A DNA stretch of 64,000 bases from an uncultured delta proteobacterium (GTDB lineage: Bacteria; Myxococcota_A; Polyangia; Fen-1088), in the NCBI GenBank assembly GCA_963796685.1, contig CAWCMR010000025.1:1920001-1984000 (forward strand). Direction: 5' to 3'. Of the stretch, positions 36,601-45,976 are shown piece after piece. The notes beneath the pieces are model-generated. The model was not told the origin of the DNA. It searched no databases and worked only from the letters and a program-made list of their open reading frames with translations. Position 1 is the first letter of the stretch, and each line of letters begins with the position of its first letter. The translations under genes and the position numbers were made by a program.

Positions 36601-38915
36601 TGGAGGCCCAGATAGTCAACCGCGAGCAACCCAAGCTGTTCGAGGTTGGGGTTGGTGAACCGCCAGCCTCGACGCTGGTCGAACCAAACCCGGTAGGCCA
36701 GCACCTGCCGCAGCGTGGATTCGGCTTCTTGCAGATTGAAGCCGCGAAGATCCGGCTCCTGCAGCCACTCGCCGCGAATGGCTGGGCTCGGCCGGTCGAA
36801 ACCCAAGGCAACTTGCTGGGCACTGCCAAGCTGATCGTTGCGCAAGCCGGTGGTCCCGGCCGCCTGGACGGCGCCGAGAAAACCAGCCCGGATCAGACTG
36901 ACGAAGAGGAAATCGTTGAAGTGACCCGACTGCAGAGCCGTGTCCTGACGGTTGTCGGAAAACCCGAGCAGCTTGCGTTTCCATGGATCGAGGCCGGAGT
37001 CCGCGCCGTGCATCCAGCGCAAGGCGCTCGCGACCAGAACCGTGGTGGCCGAGCTGCGACCTTCCGCGGAAAGAGATGCGAGGCGGTTGCGGTCCTTTCC
37101 CGCCCGGCCTTGCGTTGTTCCACAGCGAAGACAGAAGCGGAACTTGCCAGGGAGAAACCACGCTCGGATTCCCGCGCCGATTCTTCCCGTCGGCTCGACG
37201 AAGTACTCGCGCGCCCGAGCCTTGCGATAGGTCGACTTCAGACGTGGGCGCCCCTTCTTGTCGTAGTCGAGCCAGGTTTCGGGATAGTCCTCTTCGTGGT
37301 TCTCGAATTCGAACCCTTCGTCCGCGCCGTGCGGGGTGATGAATCCCAGGATGTCGCGATCGTCGTTTCCGTCCGCCACATCCGCGTCGGCGGCGTCATC
37401 CTCGGGCCGGACGGGGATCGCGTCGTCGATGTCGCGCGAGACGAATATCCTTTCGCCGTTGATGACGGTGAAGCGAACCGGGTGGTACTCATGGCCACAG
37501 TCCCGGCAGAAATGCACCGGGTAGAGACGCTTGTCGTGGGCGCCCGGGAGAAAGACCTGGCCATCCGCCGTGACCACCCGGCGGCCGGGAGCCTCCAGCG
37601 TCGCGAAGGCATTGCCGGCGCCAGAAATGAACTGATGCAGCTTGAAGGCGAAGAAGCTGCGCCCGCTGGCACCGGGTGCGTGGGTGCGCTCGTCTTCCGG
37701 AATGCTCGAGACAAGGAGCAAATCGCGCAGGGCGCGGCGGCAAGCGGCTGGGGTTCGAGAGGAATCCTGGCAGAGTGTTTCGACGGCCTCGGAGACCGTG
37801 AGCGGCTTGGCGCGCACCCACCGCTGGTCAGGATCGGAAAAGCAGATGCCCAGACGAGTTTCGACCCAGACGGCGAGAGGGTGCGTCCGAAGCTGCGCGT
37901 CCGTGATGTTCTGCGGAATCCCGGCATCGACCGCAGGCCCCAGACGCGGGCGCACGGACTCTGGAGTGAGGTCCGGATCCGTGACTCGGTCGAGGGTTTC
38001 GACGACGATATTGCTTTCCGGGATCGCCACAGAGAAGAGCTTCGAAGCCACCTCGGCCACCTTGCGATTCTTGTCGACGAGCGTGCCCTCGCTGGCCATG
38101 GTCGCTGAGGTGCCGATGCACTGTAGCCGCTCGGGCGACAACCTTTCGCGCACTCGGCGCACGAGCAGCGCGACGTCCGCGCCTTGGCGTCCCCGGTAGG
38201 TGTGGAGCTCGTCGAGCACCAGGAAACGCAGCCCGGCGCAGTTGCCGATCACGCGGCGGTCGAGCGCATCCTGACGGGTCATCAGGAGCTCGAGCATCAT
38301 GAAGTTGGTGAGCAGAATGTCCGGCGGGTTCTGCGAGGTCGCCTCTCGCTCGTCGGTGTCTTCCTGGCCCGTGTAGCGCGCGAAGGTGACCGGAGCCGGG
38401 CCCTGGACGTTCTCGACGTACTTCTTCAGCTCCTCTTCCTGGCTATTGGCCAGCGCGTTCATCGGGTAGATGACGATGGCCCGCGTGCGCGGCCGCGGGT
38501 CTTGTCGTCTCTCGGCAAGGACCGCGTTCACGATCGGGATGAAGAAGCAGAGGGATTTCCCGGAGCCGGTGCCCGTGGTGACCACGTAGCTCTGGCCTTG
38601 GGAGGCGAGCGCGATGGCTTGCTGCTGGTGCTTGTAGAGCTCAAGCGGAGCGCCTCGACCTGCACCGGCGGTGGGCTGGCCACGGAAGATGTCCGCACAG
38701 CGCGCATCGAGGGCTCCTTGCTCGACCAGCTTGTCGACCGTCGTCGACCGACGGTAGTTGGGGTTCACCTGGATGAGCGGTTCCGGCCAGTAGCGGTCGC
38801 TCGCGTAGATTGCCTCGACTTGCCGCCGAATGTCCTCGGCATGGATGCTGGTGAAGGATGTCGCGAACTTCTTGTATTCGTCGACGACAAACTCACGCAG
38901 CGAAAAGACGTCCAT
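33606..38915 (-). CDS. giant DEAD/DEAH helicase with C-terminal DUF1998 (YprA-like)
   Basis: TTGTGSGKS, YPMNALANSQ, LDELHTYRGRQG, SPTMELGVDI, NYAQRSGRAGR, YEATEGGAG, CVAACYKCL; start ATG 38915 (or 38930). Confidence 0.9.
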   Translation of the reverse strand: MDVFSLREFVVDEYKKFATSFTSIHAEDIRRQVEAIYASDRYWPEPLIQVNPNYRRSTTVDKLVEQGALDARCADIFRGQPTAGAGRGAPLELYKHQQQAIALASQGQSYVVTTGTGSGKSLCFFIPIVNAVLAERRQDPRPRTRAIVIYPMNALANSQEEELKKYVENVQGPAPVTFARYTGQEDTDEREATSQNPPDILLTNFMMLELLMTRQDALDRRVIGNCAGLRFLVLDELHTYRGRQGADVALLVRRVRERLSPERLQCIGTSATMASEGTLVDKNRKVAEVASKLFSVAIPESNIVVETLDRVTDPDLTPESVRPRLGPAVDAGIPQNITDAQLRTHPLAVWVETRLGICFSDPDQRWVRAKPLTVSEAVETLCQDSSRTPAACRRALRDLLLVSSIPEDERTHAPGASGRSFFAFKLHQFISGAGNAFATLEAPGRRVVTADGQVFLPGAHDKRLYPVHFCRDCGHEYHPVRFTVINGERIFVSRDIDDAIPVRPEDDAADADVADGNDDRDILGFITPHGADEGFEFENHEEDYPETWLDYDKKGRPRLKSTYRKARAREYFVEPTGRIGAGIRAWFLPGKFRFCLRCGTTQGRAGKDRNRLASLSAEGRSSATTVLVASALRWMHGADSGLDPWKRKLLGFSDNRQDTALQSGHFNDFLFVSLIRAGFLGAVQAAGTTGLRNDQLGSAQQVALGFDRPSPAIRGEWLQEPDLRGFNLQEAESTLRQVLAYRVWFDQRRGWRFTNPNLEQLGLLAVDYLGLQDLCADEGLFADAPAILRNATPEVRAGVYCQIFNHLRKGMAVRSQVLDTITIGQMQERSHNRLRVPWGFGPDEKPASARWLMVNAPARDDIRLRDEDLIARGGSRSALGRVLKSSELWGGDRSIRAIKAPELDALMGNLLAAASKHGLVSEEVTPFGQTGWRLNADAVVFRAATPEVTPAQRNQHAFFRDLYATLAEMLRQPGHPLFGFEAREHTAQVDGDRREIREKRFRFGDKEQRELAADEKRLRELREANRFLPVLFCSPTMELGVDIAALNAVYMRNVPPTPANYAQRSGRAGRSGQGALALTYCSAQGPHDQYFFQRPKEMVHGEVRPPSLDLANRELVESHLHAVWLACTEQPLDAAISQLLVLNDPARPLRAEVLAPLAEPRVVQEAAERIKHVLDLLSEHLTPALAPWYPGRDDFATAIAGNALERFKEAFKRWRELFVAGEMQRDAARRTMDDYSAPQKEKNAARSRHAQALELLDLLQKGTSSQSSDFYTYRYLATEGFLPGYNFPRLPLMAFVPSTGDGKGRQTCLQRPRFLALAEFGPRSLVYHEGRAYRVVRAMLSLGRREAVTADSNLPVESVRICKECGAGHFNLDDSLCHCCQAPLGDGEVIRNIYRIENVATQQAERITANDEERKRQGFELQTTYVWAMRDHVPDVRRGAALDQDGEVAYLTYGPGATITRLNKGLRRRADRTRFGFCIDPIHGFWAKDEDDGDDQPDPTAKPRQWIVPCVRDHKNALLLRPHLEDASPKALATIQHALLRGVELVFQLESGEVLAEPMPARDERSSFLLYEATEGGAGVLTRLVAEPTALAEVAWKALEIMHFDIEDRSRAPAEERLLADAPGTACVAACYKCLMSYYNQPDHELLDRRDQQAREFLLRLARSRTNVLENPPVVAAAPAPADPGLARWIDLARTRELPAPDTEPLVVGDTRLTLVWRTHYVAAILGRPAEAVTTALVSRGFELIAFDGPESTWAEPFRRLSAALGKPQ

Positions 38916-39004
38916 GCTCTTGAGTGTCATGTGGTGACCCTGGTTTCGGCAGACGGTGGGGCGCAGTAGGACCGAGGCGCACACGCGACACCTCAATCGT
39001 GATG

Positions 39005-39026
39005 AGCGTATCACGGCGGACTGACA
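39005..39026 (-). promoter_or_regulatory. PafBC-type promoter motif, copy 5
   Basis: TGTCAG-TCCGCCGTGA-TACGCT heading the long defence operon. Confidence 0.7.
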
Positions 39027-39061
39027 CGAAGTGCTCGAGTTCGAGACGAGCGTACAATCCA

Positions 39062-39083
39062 TGTCAGACCCGCGCGGTAGGGT
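39062..39083 (+). promoter_or_regulatory. PafBC-type promoter motif, copy 6
   Basis: TGTCAG-ACCCGCGCGG-TAGGGT upstream of ATG 39111. Confidence 0.7.
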
Positions 39084-39110
39084 TGTGCGGTCAAGGGAGA
39101 AGGCATAGCC

Positions 39111-42100
39111 ATGGCGAACGAACGAACCACAGTGGGCGGTAATGAGGCAACCGGACAAGCGTGGCTGGGACCGCTTGCAGCGGCCCTATCTGCCGACGAA
39201 CCGTTGCTGATCCTGTGCAGGACCGCCGCCTCCAGCCGGGCGGTGTACCGCTTTCTGGCAGAGGTGTCGGCCGGGGGCGGCCGGAAGGGCTACCCGAGCG
39301 TTCGCGTAACCACGCCTGCTGCGCTGATGGGCGAGGCCGCTCCCGGGCGGCTGCGTGCGATGACCGCCGAAGAAGCCCTGGAGGAACTGCCCGAAAGCCA
39401 CCCGTGGCGGGCAAGATTCGAGGGGCGAGCAGGGTTGCGGCGGATGCTTCGCGGACACATGGTGCGGGTACACGAGGCGGCGCTGGCCGGCGTTCCAGTG
39501 GAGAAGCTGCGGCCCGAGATCCGTTCGCTTCTCAAGGCTGGGTGGGCGGCGCCTTCGTACCTCGAAGGGGCGCGGCGGCTGTTGGCGAGGCCGCCGCAGG
39601 AACGCTGCCTGGCCGTGGGTTTTCCGCCGCGAGAGCTCGAAGGTATGGTGGCGCCGCTTGTGCGCGCTTTACTAAGAAGCCTGAACGCGCAGGACGTTGA
39701 GGCAGGTGCGCCAGCCACCGGAAGGCTACCTGCGTGCAAAGTTCCCGATGTCGCTGCCGAGGCGCGCGCGGTGGTGCGAGAGGCGGTTACGGCCTTGGCC
39801 GCGAACCGGCGCGTGCTTGTGTTGGTGGCGAACAGCGACACCGAGGAGCGCGTGCGGGCGGCGCTAGCCCGTAACGGTATCCCAGCTGCCGATGATGCCG
39901 GCGAGCCCCTGCGCCGGCACGCCTTGGCGTCTATCGCGCGACCCCTGCTGCCGCTGTTCTTTTCGCGTGGCGCGGAGCCAGTTGAGGCGGAGTACCTGCT
40001 GCGCGTCCTGACCGATCCGGTGCTGGCGCGCACGGCGCCGGCTGCTGATTCGCAAACGCCGCGGCCAAAGCTGCGCGCATCGGTCAGGCACCTGCGTGAC
40101 ATGATCGTTTCTTGCCGGCGCTCGCGCGCGACCCTGGCCGAGTGGCAGGGCGCGGTCGATGCGATCGTGCAGGACGCGGTCGCCGCCGTCGGTGAGGCCG
40201 ACGATGACAGGCGCGCTGGGGGCGAGCGCCGTCTGGAATCCGCGCAAGTGCTGCAGTCCCGGCTCGCGGAAATGTCCCGTCACGCAGGCGGCGCGGGTAC
40301 GCTGGGCGATCTGCGGAGCTTTTTGGCGGGCGTGGGCCTTGCCGATCCCGAGAACGATCGTCTGGGGCACGCGATCCTGCGTGCGCTGGGGGCATCGTAT
40401 TACCGGCCGGCGACCGAGGATGCGTACGACGAGGCCCTGTCGGGCGCGGTGGGCAGCGGCCGCATCGATCGCGGCGTCGAGATCCTGTCCTACGATGCCT
40501 ACGACGGCCGGCCCGCGGGCATGCTCCTGCTGACCGACTTGCACAACAAGGGGATTTCGCGCGCCCCCGCGCCCGACCCCATTCTGACCGTCGAGGAGCT
40601 GGCTTTCGTCGGCGTGCCGCCCGCGGTGGACCGGGTGCGCGAACGGATCGGAGTTGCGCGCTGGGCAGCGTCCCGAGCGAGTAGCTCCTTGGCGCTGGTT
40701 GCCGCAACGGACAACTCGGGCCGCGCGGTATCTCCACCCCTGGAGCTGGCACTTGGGCCCGTCCGTGACGACAGCCAGGCAAGCTACGGCTTCGGCTTCG
40801 ATCTGCCTGAGCGACGCGACTGTCGCGCTTTCGCCGAGGGCAAAGGGGCGCCGACGGCGCTTGCCATTCAGATCGATGTCGAATGGGCGCGCCAGGGTGC
40901 TTGGTTTGACAAGCCCATCCTGGTGCCCGCAGCGGAGAAGAAGGACAGCATTGTCGAATACCTCGCCCACGATCTGCCGCGCATTTCCGCCGATCTGCTT
41001 CCCTGGCTTGGTCAGCCACAAGCTTATCCGGAGAGCAAGCACGGCCTGCCCGATGGCTTCGTGCTCTCGGCCAGCCGCTGCGCTGGCTTTACGCAATGCC
41101 TGTGGAAGGCGTTCTGCCAGTCGGTGCTGCGTCTGAGGGCGCCCGAAGAGATCGAGGAAGATCTGAGCGCGGCCGAGGTGGGGCAATCGATTCACGCGAC
41201 GATGAAGCAGGCACTGGTGGGGGTATCGCTACTGGTACCCGAGAAGAAGTTGGAGAAGACGCGCGAGGATGTGCGCCAGCGTTTTCAGGTCGCCGTCGGG
41301 CCGGCGATGGATGACAACGCGCCGGGGCTGTCGAGCCAGGCGCTCACGTTGTCCCGCAAGGGGCTGGCAGCGCGCTGGGGACAGTTCTTCGGGAGCTACC
41401 TCGAACGGCGTGTGCGTGAGGTCGAGGAGGCGGCAAGCGGGCTCCGAAAGGGAAGAGTGAAGATCCTCAAGGAGTCGTCGGTGGTCATGGCCGTTGTTGA
41501 TGCCTTGGCCCCGAATCTGGCGAAGTCGCCGCGCAAAGATCTGGCGCGGGCGGTTCTCGAAACCGTGACCGAAGTGGGCAGTGACGTCGATGCCTTCCTT
41601 GCCAGCCCAGGGTTGACCGCGACGATGGCCAAGAAGCACAAGCCAATCATCGAGGCGTCGCTACGGGACAAAAAGACGCGCACGCTGGTCGAGGCCCTGT
41701 GTGACGAGGCCGGTGCGCGACTGGTCGACGCGAGCTACGAGGGAAGTGGCGATCTGATCGTGGTGGCTGGCGAACATCCCTTCGGCGAGATCACGGACAA
41801 GAGCGAGCCCATGTCGCTCAAGCTGGGAAGGGGACTGATACCGGTGCGCGGATCGATCGATCTCGTGCTGCTGCACCGAGGTGCCGATGGGGGCAAGGGG
41901 ACCGCGTACCAGATCGTCGACTTCAAGACCGGCAAGACCGGCAAGTCCGCAAGTCTTGCGGCCACCTCGGTGGTCGAGCCGCAGCTTGCGCTCTACGCAC
42001 TGGCGCTGGAGGCGATGCCGCCCATCGACCGAAAGCATCCAGGGCCCGTGAGGGTGACCGCGGCCGAGCTCGACTATTTGCGCGACAACGTGGCGCAGGT

Positions 42101-42305
42101 GTGGGTCGACGAGCCGCAGAGAAAACACTGGCGCACGGTGCTGGGGGCCGTGCTCGATCATGCGCGTGACGGGTTCTACCCGCCGCTGCCCCATCCGGAT
42201 GGCTGCCCGATGTCAGCGGTGTACAGCGCCTTCTGTGATTTCAGCGAGATCTGCCGTCAGAGGGCCGGTTTCCGATCGGACGCGGGTGAAGAGGAGACGC
42301 CATGA
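39111..42305 (+). CDS. AddB/AdnA-like protein with C-terminal RecB-type nuclease and probable Fe-S cysteines
   Basis: LSAS....FTQC, G..IH, RGSIDLV..IVDFKTG..PQLALY, CP......FCDFSEICR; no intact Walker A. Confidence 0.75.
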   Translation: MANERTTVGGNEATGQAWLGPLAAALSADEPLLILCRTAASSRAVYRFLAEVSAGGGRKGYPSVRVTTPAALMGEAAPGRLRAMTAEEALEELPESHPWRARFEGRAGLRRMLRGHMVRVHEAALAGVPVEKLRPEIRSLLKAGWAAPSYLEGARRLLARPPQERCLAVGFPPRELEGMVAPLVRALLRSLNAQDVEAGAPATGRLPACKVPDVAAEARAVVREAVTALAANRRVLVLVANSDTEERVRAALARNGIPAADDAGEPLRRHALASIARPLLPLFFSRGAEPVEAEYLLRVLTDPVLARTAPAADSQTPRPKLRASVRHLRDMIVSCRRSRATLAEWQGAVDAIVQDAVAAVGEADDDRRAGGERRLESAQVLQSRLAEMSRHAGGAGTLGDLRSFLAGVGLADPENDRLGHAILRALGASYYRPATEDAYDEALSGAVGSGRIDRGVEILSYDAYDGRPAGMLLLTDLHNKGISRAPAPDPILTVEELAFVGVPPAVDRVRERIGVARWAASRASSSLALVAATDNSGRAVSPPLELALGPVRDDSQASYGFGFDLPERRDCRAFAEGKGAPTALAIQIDVEWARQGAWFDKPILVPAAEKKDSIVEYLAHDLPRISADLLPWLGQPQAYPESKHGLPDGFVLSASRCAGFTQCLWKAFCQSVLRLRAPEEIEEDLSAAEVGQSIHATMKQALVGVSLLVPEKKLEKTREDVRQRFQVAVGPAMDDNAPGLSSQALTLSRKGLAARWGQFFGSYLERRVREVEEAASGLRKGRVKILKESSVVMAVVDALAPNLAKSPRKDLARAVLETVTEVGSDVDAFLASPGLTATMAKKHKPIIEASLRDKKTRTLVEALCDEAGARLVDASYEGSGDLIVVAGEHPFGEITDKSEPMSLKLGRGLIPVRGSIDLVLLHRGADGGKGTAYQIVDFKTGKTGKSASLAATSVVEPQLALYALALEAMPPIDRKHPGPVRVTAAELDYLRDNVAQVWVDEPQRKHWRTVLGAVLDHARDGFYPPLPHPDGCPMSAVYSAFCDFSEICRQRAGFRSDAGEEETP

Positions 42306-45300
42306 GCAAGCGCATGCTGGCGACCGATCCAGGCGTCGAGGTCGTTGTGGCGCCCGCGGGCTCGGGCAAGACGACGCTGCTCATCTATCACTTCCTGCGG
42401 TTTCTCAAGGCCGGGATTCCCGTCGAGCGGCTGGTGGCCATCACCTTCACGCGCAAGGCAGCGGCAGAGCTGATGCAGCGGCTGGCGCAAGTGCTTCGCG
42501 GCGTGGTCGCGCCGGGGGATCTGCCGCCCGAGAATCTGGCCGAGGCCAAGACGATATATGGCGACGTCCTTCCGGGGTCGGAAGAGGCACGGGCGGCCTT
42601 GGCCATGCTGGATGCGGCGCCGGTCTCGACGGTTGACGCCTTCGCACTGTCGCTGGTACAGGAGTTTCTGCTCGATGCCGGCTTCGCGATGGGCGATGGG
42701 ACACGCGCTCTCATCGACGGGCCCGTGGTTTCTGGGGGTGACACGGCCTCGTTCTACAAGGCCGCAGCGCGGGAGCAAATCGAGGCTCTGGGCAAGCCAG
42801 CCCGCCTGCTGCTGGAGGAGATGACCTTTGGCGAAGCGGTCGAGGCTGTTGCCCGCCTGGCAACCTGTAAGTTGTCCGAGGTGTTGTCGATCGCGGCGGT
42901 GCTCGAGGCGGTGGGAAAGGCATTCGCGCCCGTGGTTCGCAAGGACAGTGATCCCTGGCTCGCTCTCGCTGACGGGCATCCGCGCGCACTGGGCGCCTGG
43001 CTGAAGACGCCCAAGGGCGTGCCACCGGTCTCGGTGCTGGCGCTGCTGGCGAAGGCCAAGAAGGACATGGGTGCGGAAGCGGACGAGGTGGTGAAGAAGT
43101 CGGTCCGCGAGCTCGGATGGAGTGCCGAGGGCGGCTTCTCCGGATTGAGTGCTGTTATGAGGAAGCGGCTCGAAACGTGGAGCGACGACAAGTCCGCCGA
43201 CCGGTGCGACAGGGTGCGGCTGGCCATACTGGAGTTGGCCGAGGGCACGCGCGACGTTGCTCTGCGCGAGATCGCCCGTAGCGGAAGCCTGGGCTACAAC
43301 GAGATCCTTCGTGCTGCCACCGAGCTGTGCCAATCGCCGCCGGCGCGGCTCGCGGAACGCTACGACGCCTTGCTGGTCGACGAGTTGCAGGACACCAACC
43401 CTGCCCAGCTCGCCTTCTACCAAGCCTTCGTGAAGATGCGGCGAGGTAAGATGCCCATTCGCTGGTTCTTTGTGGGCGATACGCGCCAATCCATCTATCG
43501 CTTTCGCGAAGCCGACCCCTTTGGCTGGCAGTCGCTGGTGGACGTCGCGCGAAGGCACGGGACGCTTGCCGAGCTGACGACCAACTACCGCTCGTCGCAG
43601 TTGCTGATCGAGGCCCAGCGGGATCTGTTCGGGCGACTGGCCAAGGCGTGTCCTGGCTCCGTGGACCCGCTGGATGATCTCGCGCCTAGGCCCAAGGCGC
43701 CGAAGGGTGAGATGGGGAAGGCGCAGCAGCCTGCGTTGATCGTCGATGCACCGGAGACCGGCGACGTGGAGCCCTACGTGCTGGCCGAATTCGCGACGCG
43801 CGTGAAGACCCGCTGGGGAGAAGCGAATCTCGCGAAGGAAACGGCGGCCGTGCTCGTGCGCTCGTGGTCCGTGGGCGCGTGGGCGGTCGAGGCCTTGCGC
43901 TCTCACGGTCTGCACGCGCAACTGACGGGCGACCGCGCGCTGCTCGCTTCGCGGCCTGCGGTGGACCTTCGTCTGTTCCTGCGCATGCTGATCGACCCGT
44001 CAGACGACATTGCGGTGGTCGGCGTGTGCAAGCACCCCTCGGTCGGGCTGAGCGATCGCGCCATCATGCTGCTGCGACACGAGAATCTGCTCGGGCGCTT
44101 GCTGGCGCCCGACGTAGACCTGACCTACTTGGAACCGTCCGAGGTTGAAGGACTGCGGCCCGTTCTGGATTCTCTCCGCCGGGCACGCAACCGCATCGGT
44201 CGCGAGTCCACGGCCGACGTTCTCGAACGGCTGCTGGCCGAGCTGCACGTCCGTCCGATCATCGCCGCGGGTCCCGAGGGTGAAGGCGATGTGGGCCTGG
44301 CCCAGATGGACATCCTGCTCGACATCGTGCGCGCGCAAGAGAGCGAGGGCGTGGACCCGCAAGCCGTTCTGGAGAAGTTGTCGGGCGAAGGGGTGGAGGG
44401 TGCCGAGGATCTGCCGGTGGTGCGGATGCACCACTCCGAGCAGGTGGTCACCGTGACCACGGTGTTTGGCGCCAAGGGCCTGGAATTCGACCACGTGGCC
44501 CTATTGCAGGTGGGAAAGGGCGGCAGCGACGGGAGCGTCAAGGCGAAAGCATTCTCCGTGTACCGTCCCCAGGGAAGGCCGATCCTTTCCATGGCGCTCG
44601 ACCCGACCGGCGGGATCGAGACGGAGCTGGATCCCCTGTCGGTCATTGCGCGGGTCGCTGGCGGCGACGAGGGCGTGCAGGAAGGGCTGCGTATGTTGTA
44701 CGTGGGTTTCACGCGCGCCAAGACCAGCGTGACGCTGGGCCTGAAGAAGGCCGGGACGGGCATCGTGCGCTTGCTGCGAGATGTGTTGGCCGAGGGACCG
44801 ATACCCGGTATCAGCACGGTCGAGCCAGACGACGACAAGTTGCGGCCAGCGGCGCCGTTGCAACGCCAGCGCACGGGTGTGCTGCGCCCCTTCGAGTCGT
44901 GTTGGGCCGAACCCGACGGGTTCGTCCTGACCCGGCCGTCGTCCGCCGCGGAGCTCGGGCTGGACGGGAAGGCTCTGGCAGCCGAATTCCGCGCGCGTGC
45001 CACCGTCGTCGCCGCGCCCGCGGAGCTGGCCATGCCCGCGGGAGAGGGACTGGCGGCCGTGTCCGACATCGTCTGGGGCAACGTGGTTCACGGCTGGCTT
45101 GAGCGTTGGGCTTTCAAGGGCACCCCCACCTCGGAGCAGGCCGTGGACTACCTGCGCGAGCAATGGTCGTCGGATGACAAGTCGATTTCCGACTGGCTGG
45201 TCGCCCTGGGGCTCGGGCTGCGCGACCGGCTGCCAGGATTTCGGGCGTTGCTGGACCAGAAGCACAAGCTCCACTTCGAATGGCCTCTGGTCGCCGTGGA

Positions 45301-45547
45301 CGGTAACACCATCTGGCGCGGCCGCGCCGACCTGGTCGTCGAGCTCCCTGGCCGCCAGGTAGCCATCATCGACTTCAAGGCCGGCAAGTCATTCGCGACC
45401 GGGACCGAGATCCCCGGCGTCGAAAGCTACGCCGCCCAACTCGAAGGCTACCGCCGCATGCTGGAAGCCAGTGGCTACCACGTGCGCGAGGTCAGCCTGA
45501 TGTACGTGCGCGGCCCAAGCTGGGCGCGCCTGGAGTACGTGGGGTAG
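42302..45547 (+). CDS. AddA/UvrD-like helicase-nuclease
   Basis: APAGSGKT, ITFTRKAAAEL, VDELQDTN, VGDTRQSIYRFREA, AKGLEFD, LYVGFTRAK, GRADLV..IIDFKAG..QLEGY. Confidence 0.88.
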   Translation: MSKRMLATDPGVEVVVAPAGSGKTTLLIYHFLRFLKAGIPVERLVAITFTRKAAAELMQRLAQVLRGVVAPGDLPPENLAEAKTIYGDVLPGSEEARAALAMLDAAPVSTVDAFALSLVQEFLLDAGFAMGDGTRALIDGPVVSGGDTASFYKAAAREQIEALGKPARLLLEEMTFGEAVEAVARLATCKLSEVLSIAAVLEAVGKAFAPVVRKDSDPWLALADGHPRALGAWLKTPKGVPPVSVLALLAKAKKDMGAEADEVVKKSVRELGWSAEGGFSGLSAVMRKRLETWSDDKSADRCDRVRLAILELAEGTRDVALREIARSGSLGYNEILRAATELCQSPPARLAERYDALLVDELQDTNPAQLAFYQAFVKMRRGKMPIRWFFVGDTRQSIYRFREADPFGWQSLVDVARRHGTLAELTTNYRSSQLLIEAQRDLFGRLAKACPGSVDPLDDLAPRPKAPKGEMGKAQQPALIVDAPETGDVEPYVLAEFATRVKTRWGEANLAKETAAVLVRSWSVGAWAVEALRSHGLHAQLTGDRALLASRPAVDLRLFLRMLIDPSDDIAVVGVCKHPSVGLSDRAIMLLRHENLLGRLLAPDVDLTYLEPSEVEGLRPVLDSLRRARNRIGRESTADVLERLLAELHVRPIIAAGPEGEGDVGLAQMDILLDIVRAQESEGVDPQAVLEKLSGEGVEGAEDLPVVRMHHSEQVVTVTTVFGAKGLEFDHVALLQVGKGGSDGSVKAKAFSVYRPQGRPILSMALDPTGGIETELDPLSVIARVAGGDEGVQEGLRMLYVGFTRAKTSVTLGLKKAGTGIVRLLRDVLAEGPIPGISTVEPDDDKLRPAAPLQRQRTGVLRPFESCWAEPDGFVLTRPSSAAELGLDGKALAAEFRARATVVAAPAELAMPAGEGLAAVSDIVWGNVVHGWLERWAFKGTPTSEQAVDYLREQWSSDDKSISDWLVALGLGLRDRLPGFRALLDQKHKLHFEWPLVAVDGNTIWRGRADLVVELPGRQVAIIDFKAGKSFATGTEIPGVESYAAQLEGYRRMLEASGYHVREVSLMYVRGPSWARLEYVG

Positions 45548-45976
45548 GTGGGCGAAGCGTCCGTCGAGACCAGGCATGGCTGAAGGCGGTCCCGCGGAAC
45601 ATCCAGCGGATGTGTTGCCAGGGCGCAACGCCTGACGTAACCCTGCGGTTCCTCAAGGTTATCCTTGCGGTCCACCCCCAATCCCACGGCCACGGGATAG
45701 CCATTTCGGTGGAGATTCCACGGGATATTCTCAACCAGGGGAGAGACATCAGGTTCTGGCAAGAGGCTGGAAATCCCGAGCGCACCTCAGTGGTCAGTCG
45801 ATAGCCATCACGGCAAGCGCTTCGGAGATCCAGTTCTCGATGCCCGTCCGGGAGTTGGTGCGATACGCGAGCCCATACGGTGGAATGCTGTCCTCAGGAG
45901 CTCGTGGCGGCTAGCTTGCTCTTGCGTTCGGCGCGTCACACGTGTACTGTTCAAATATTCAGTATGCGGCCCGGCC

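Noticed and set aside
45550-45970. Short ORFs between the AddA-like gene and the PRTase
   Set aside because: No family signal and no consistent coding frame.
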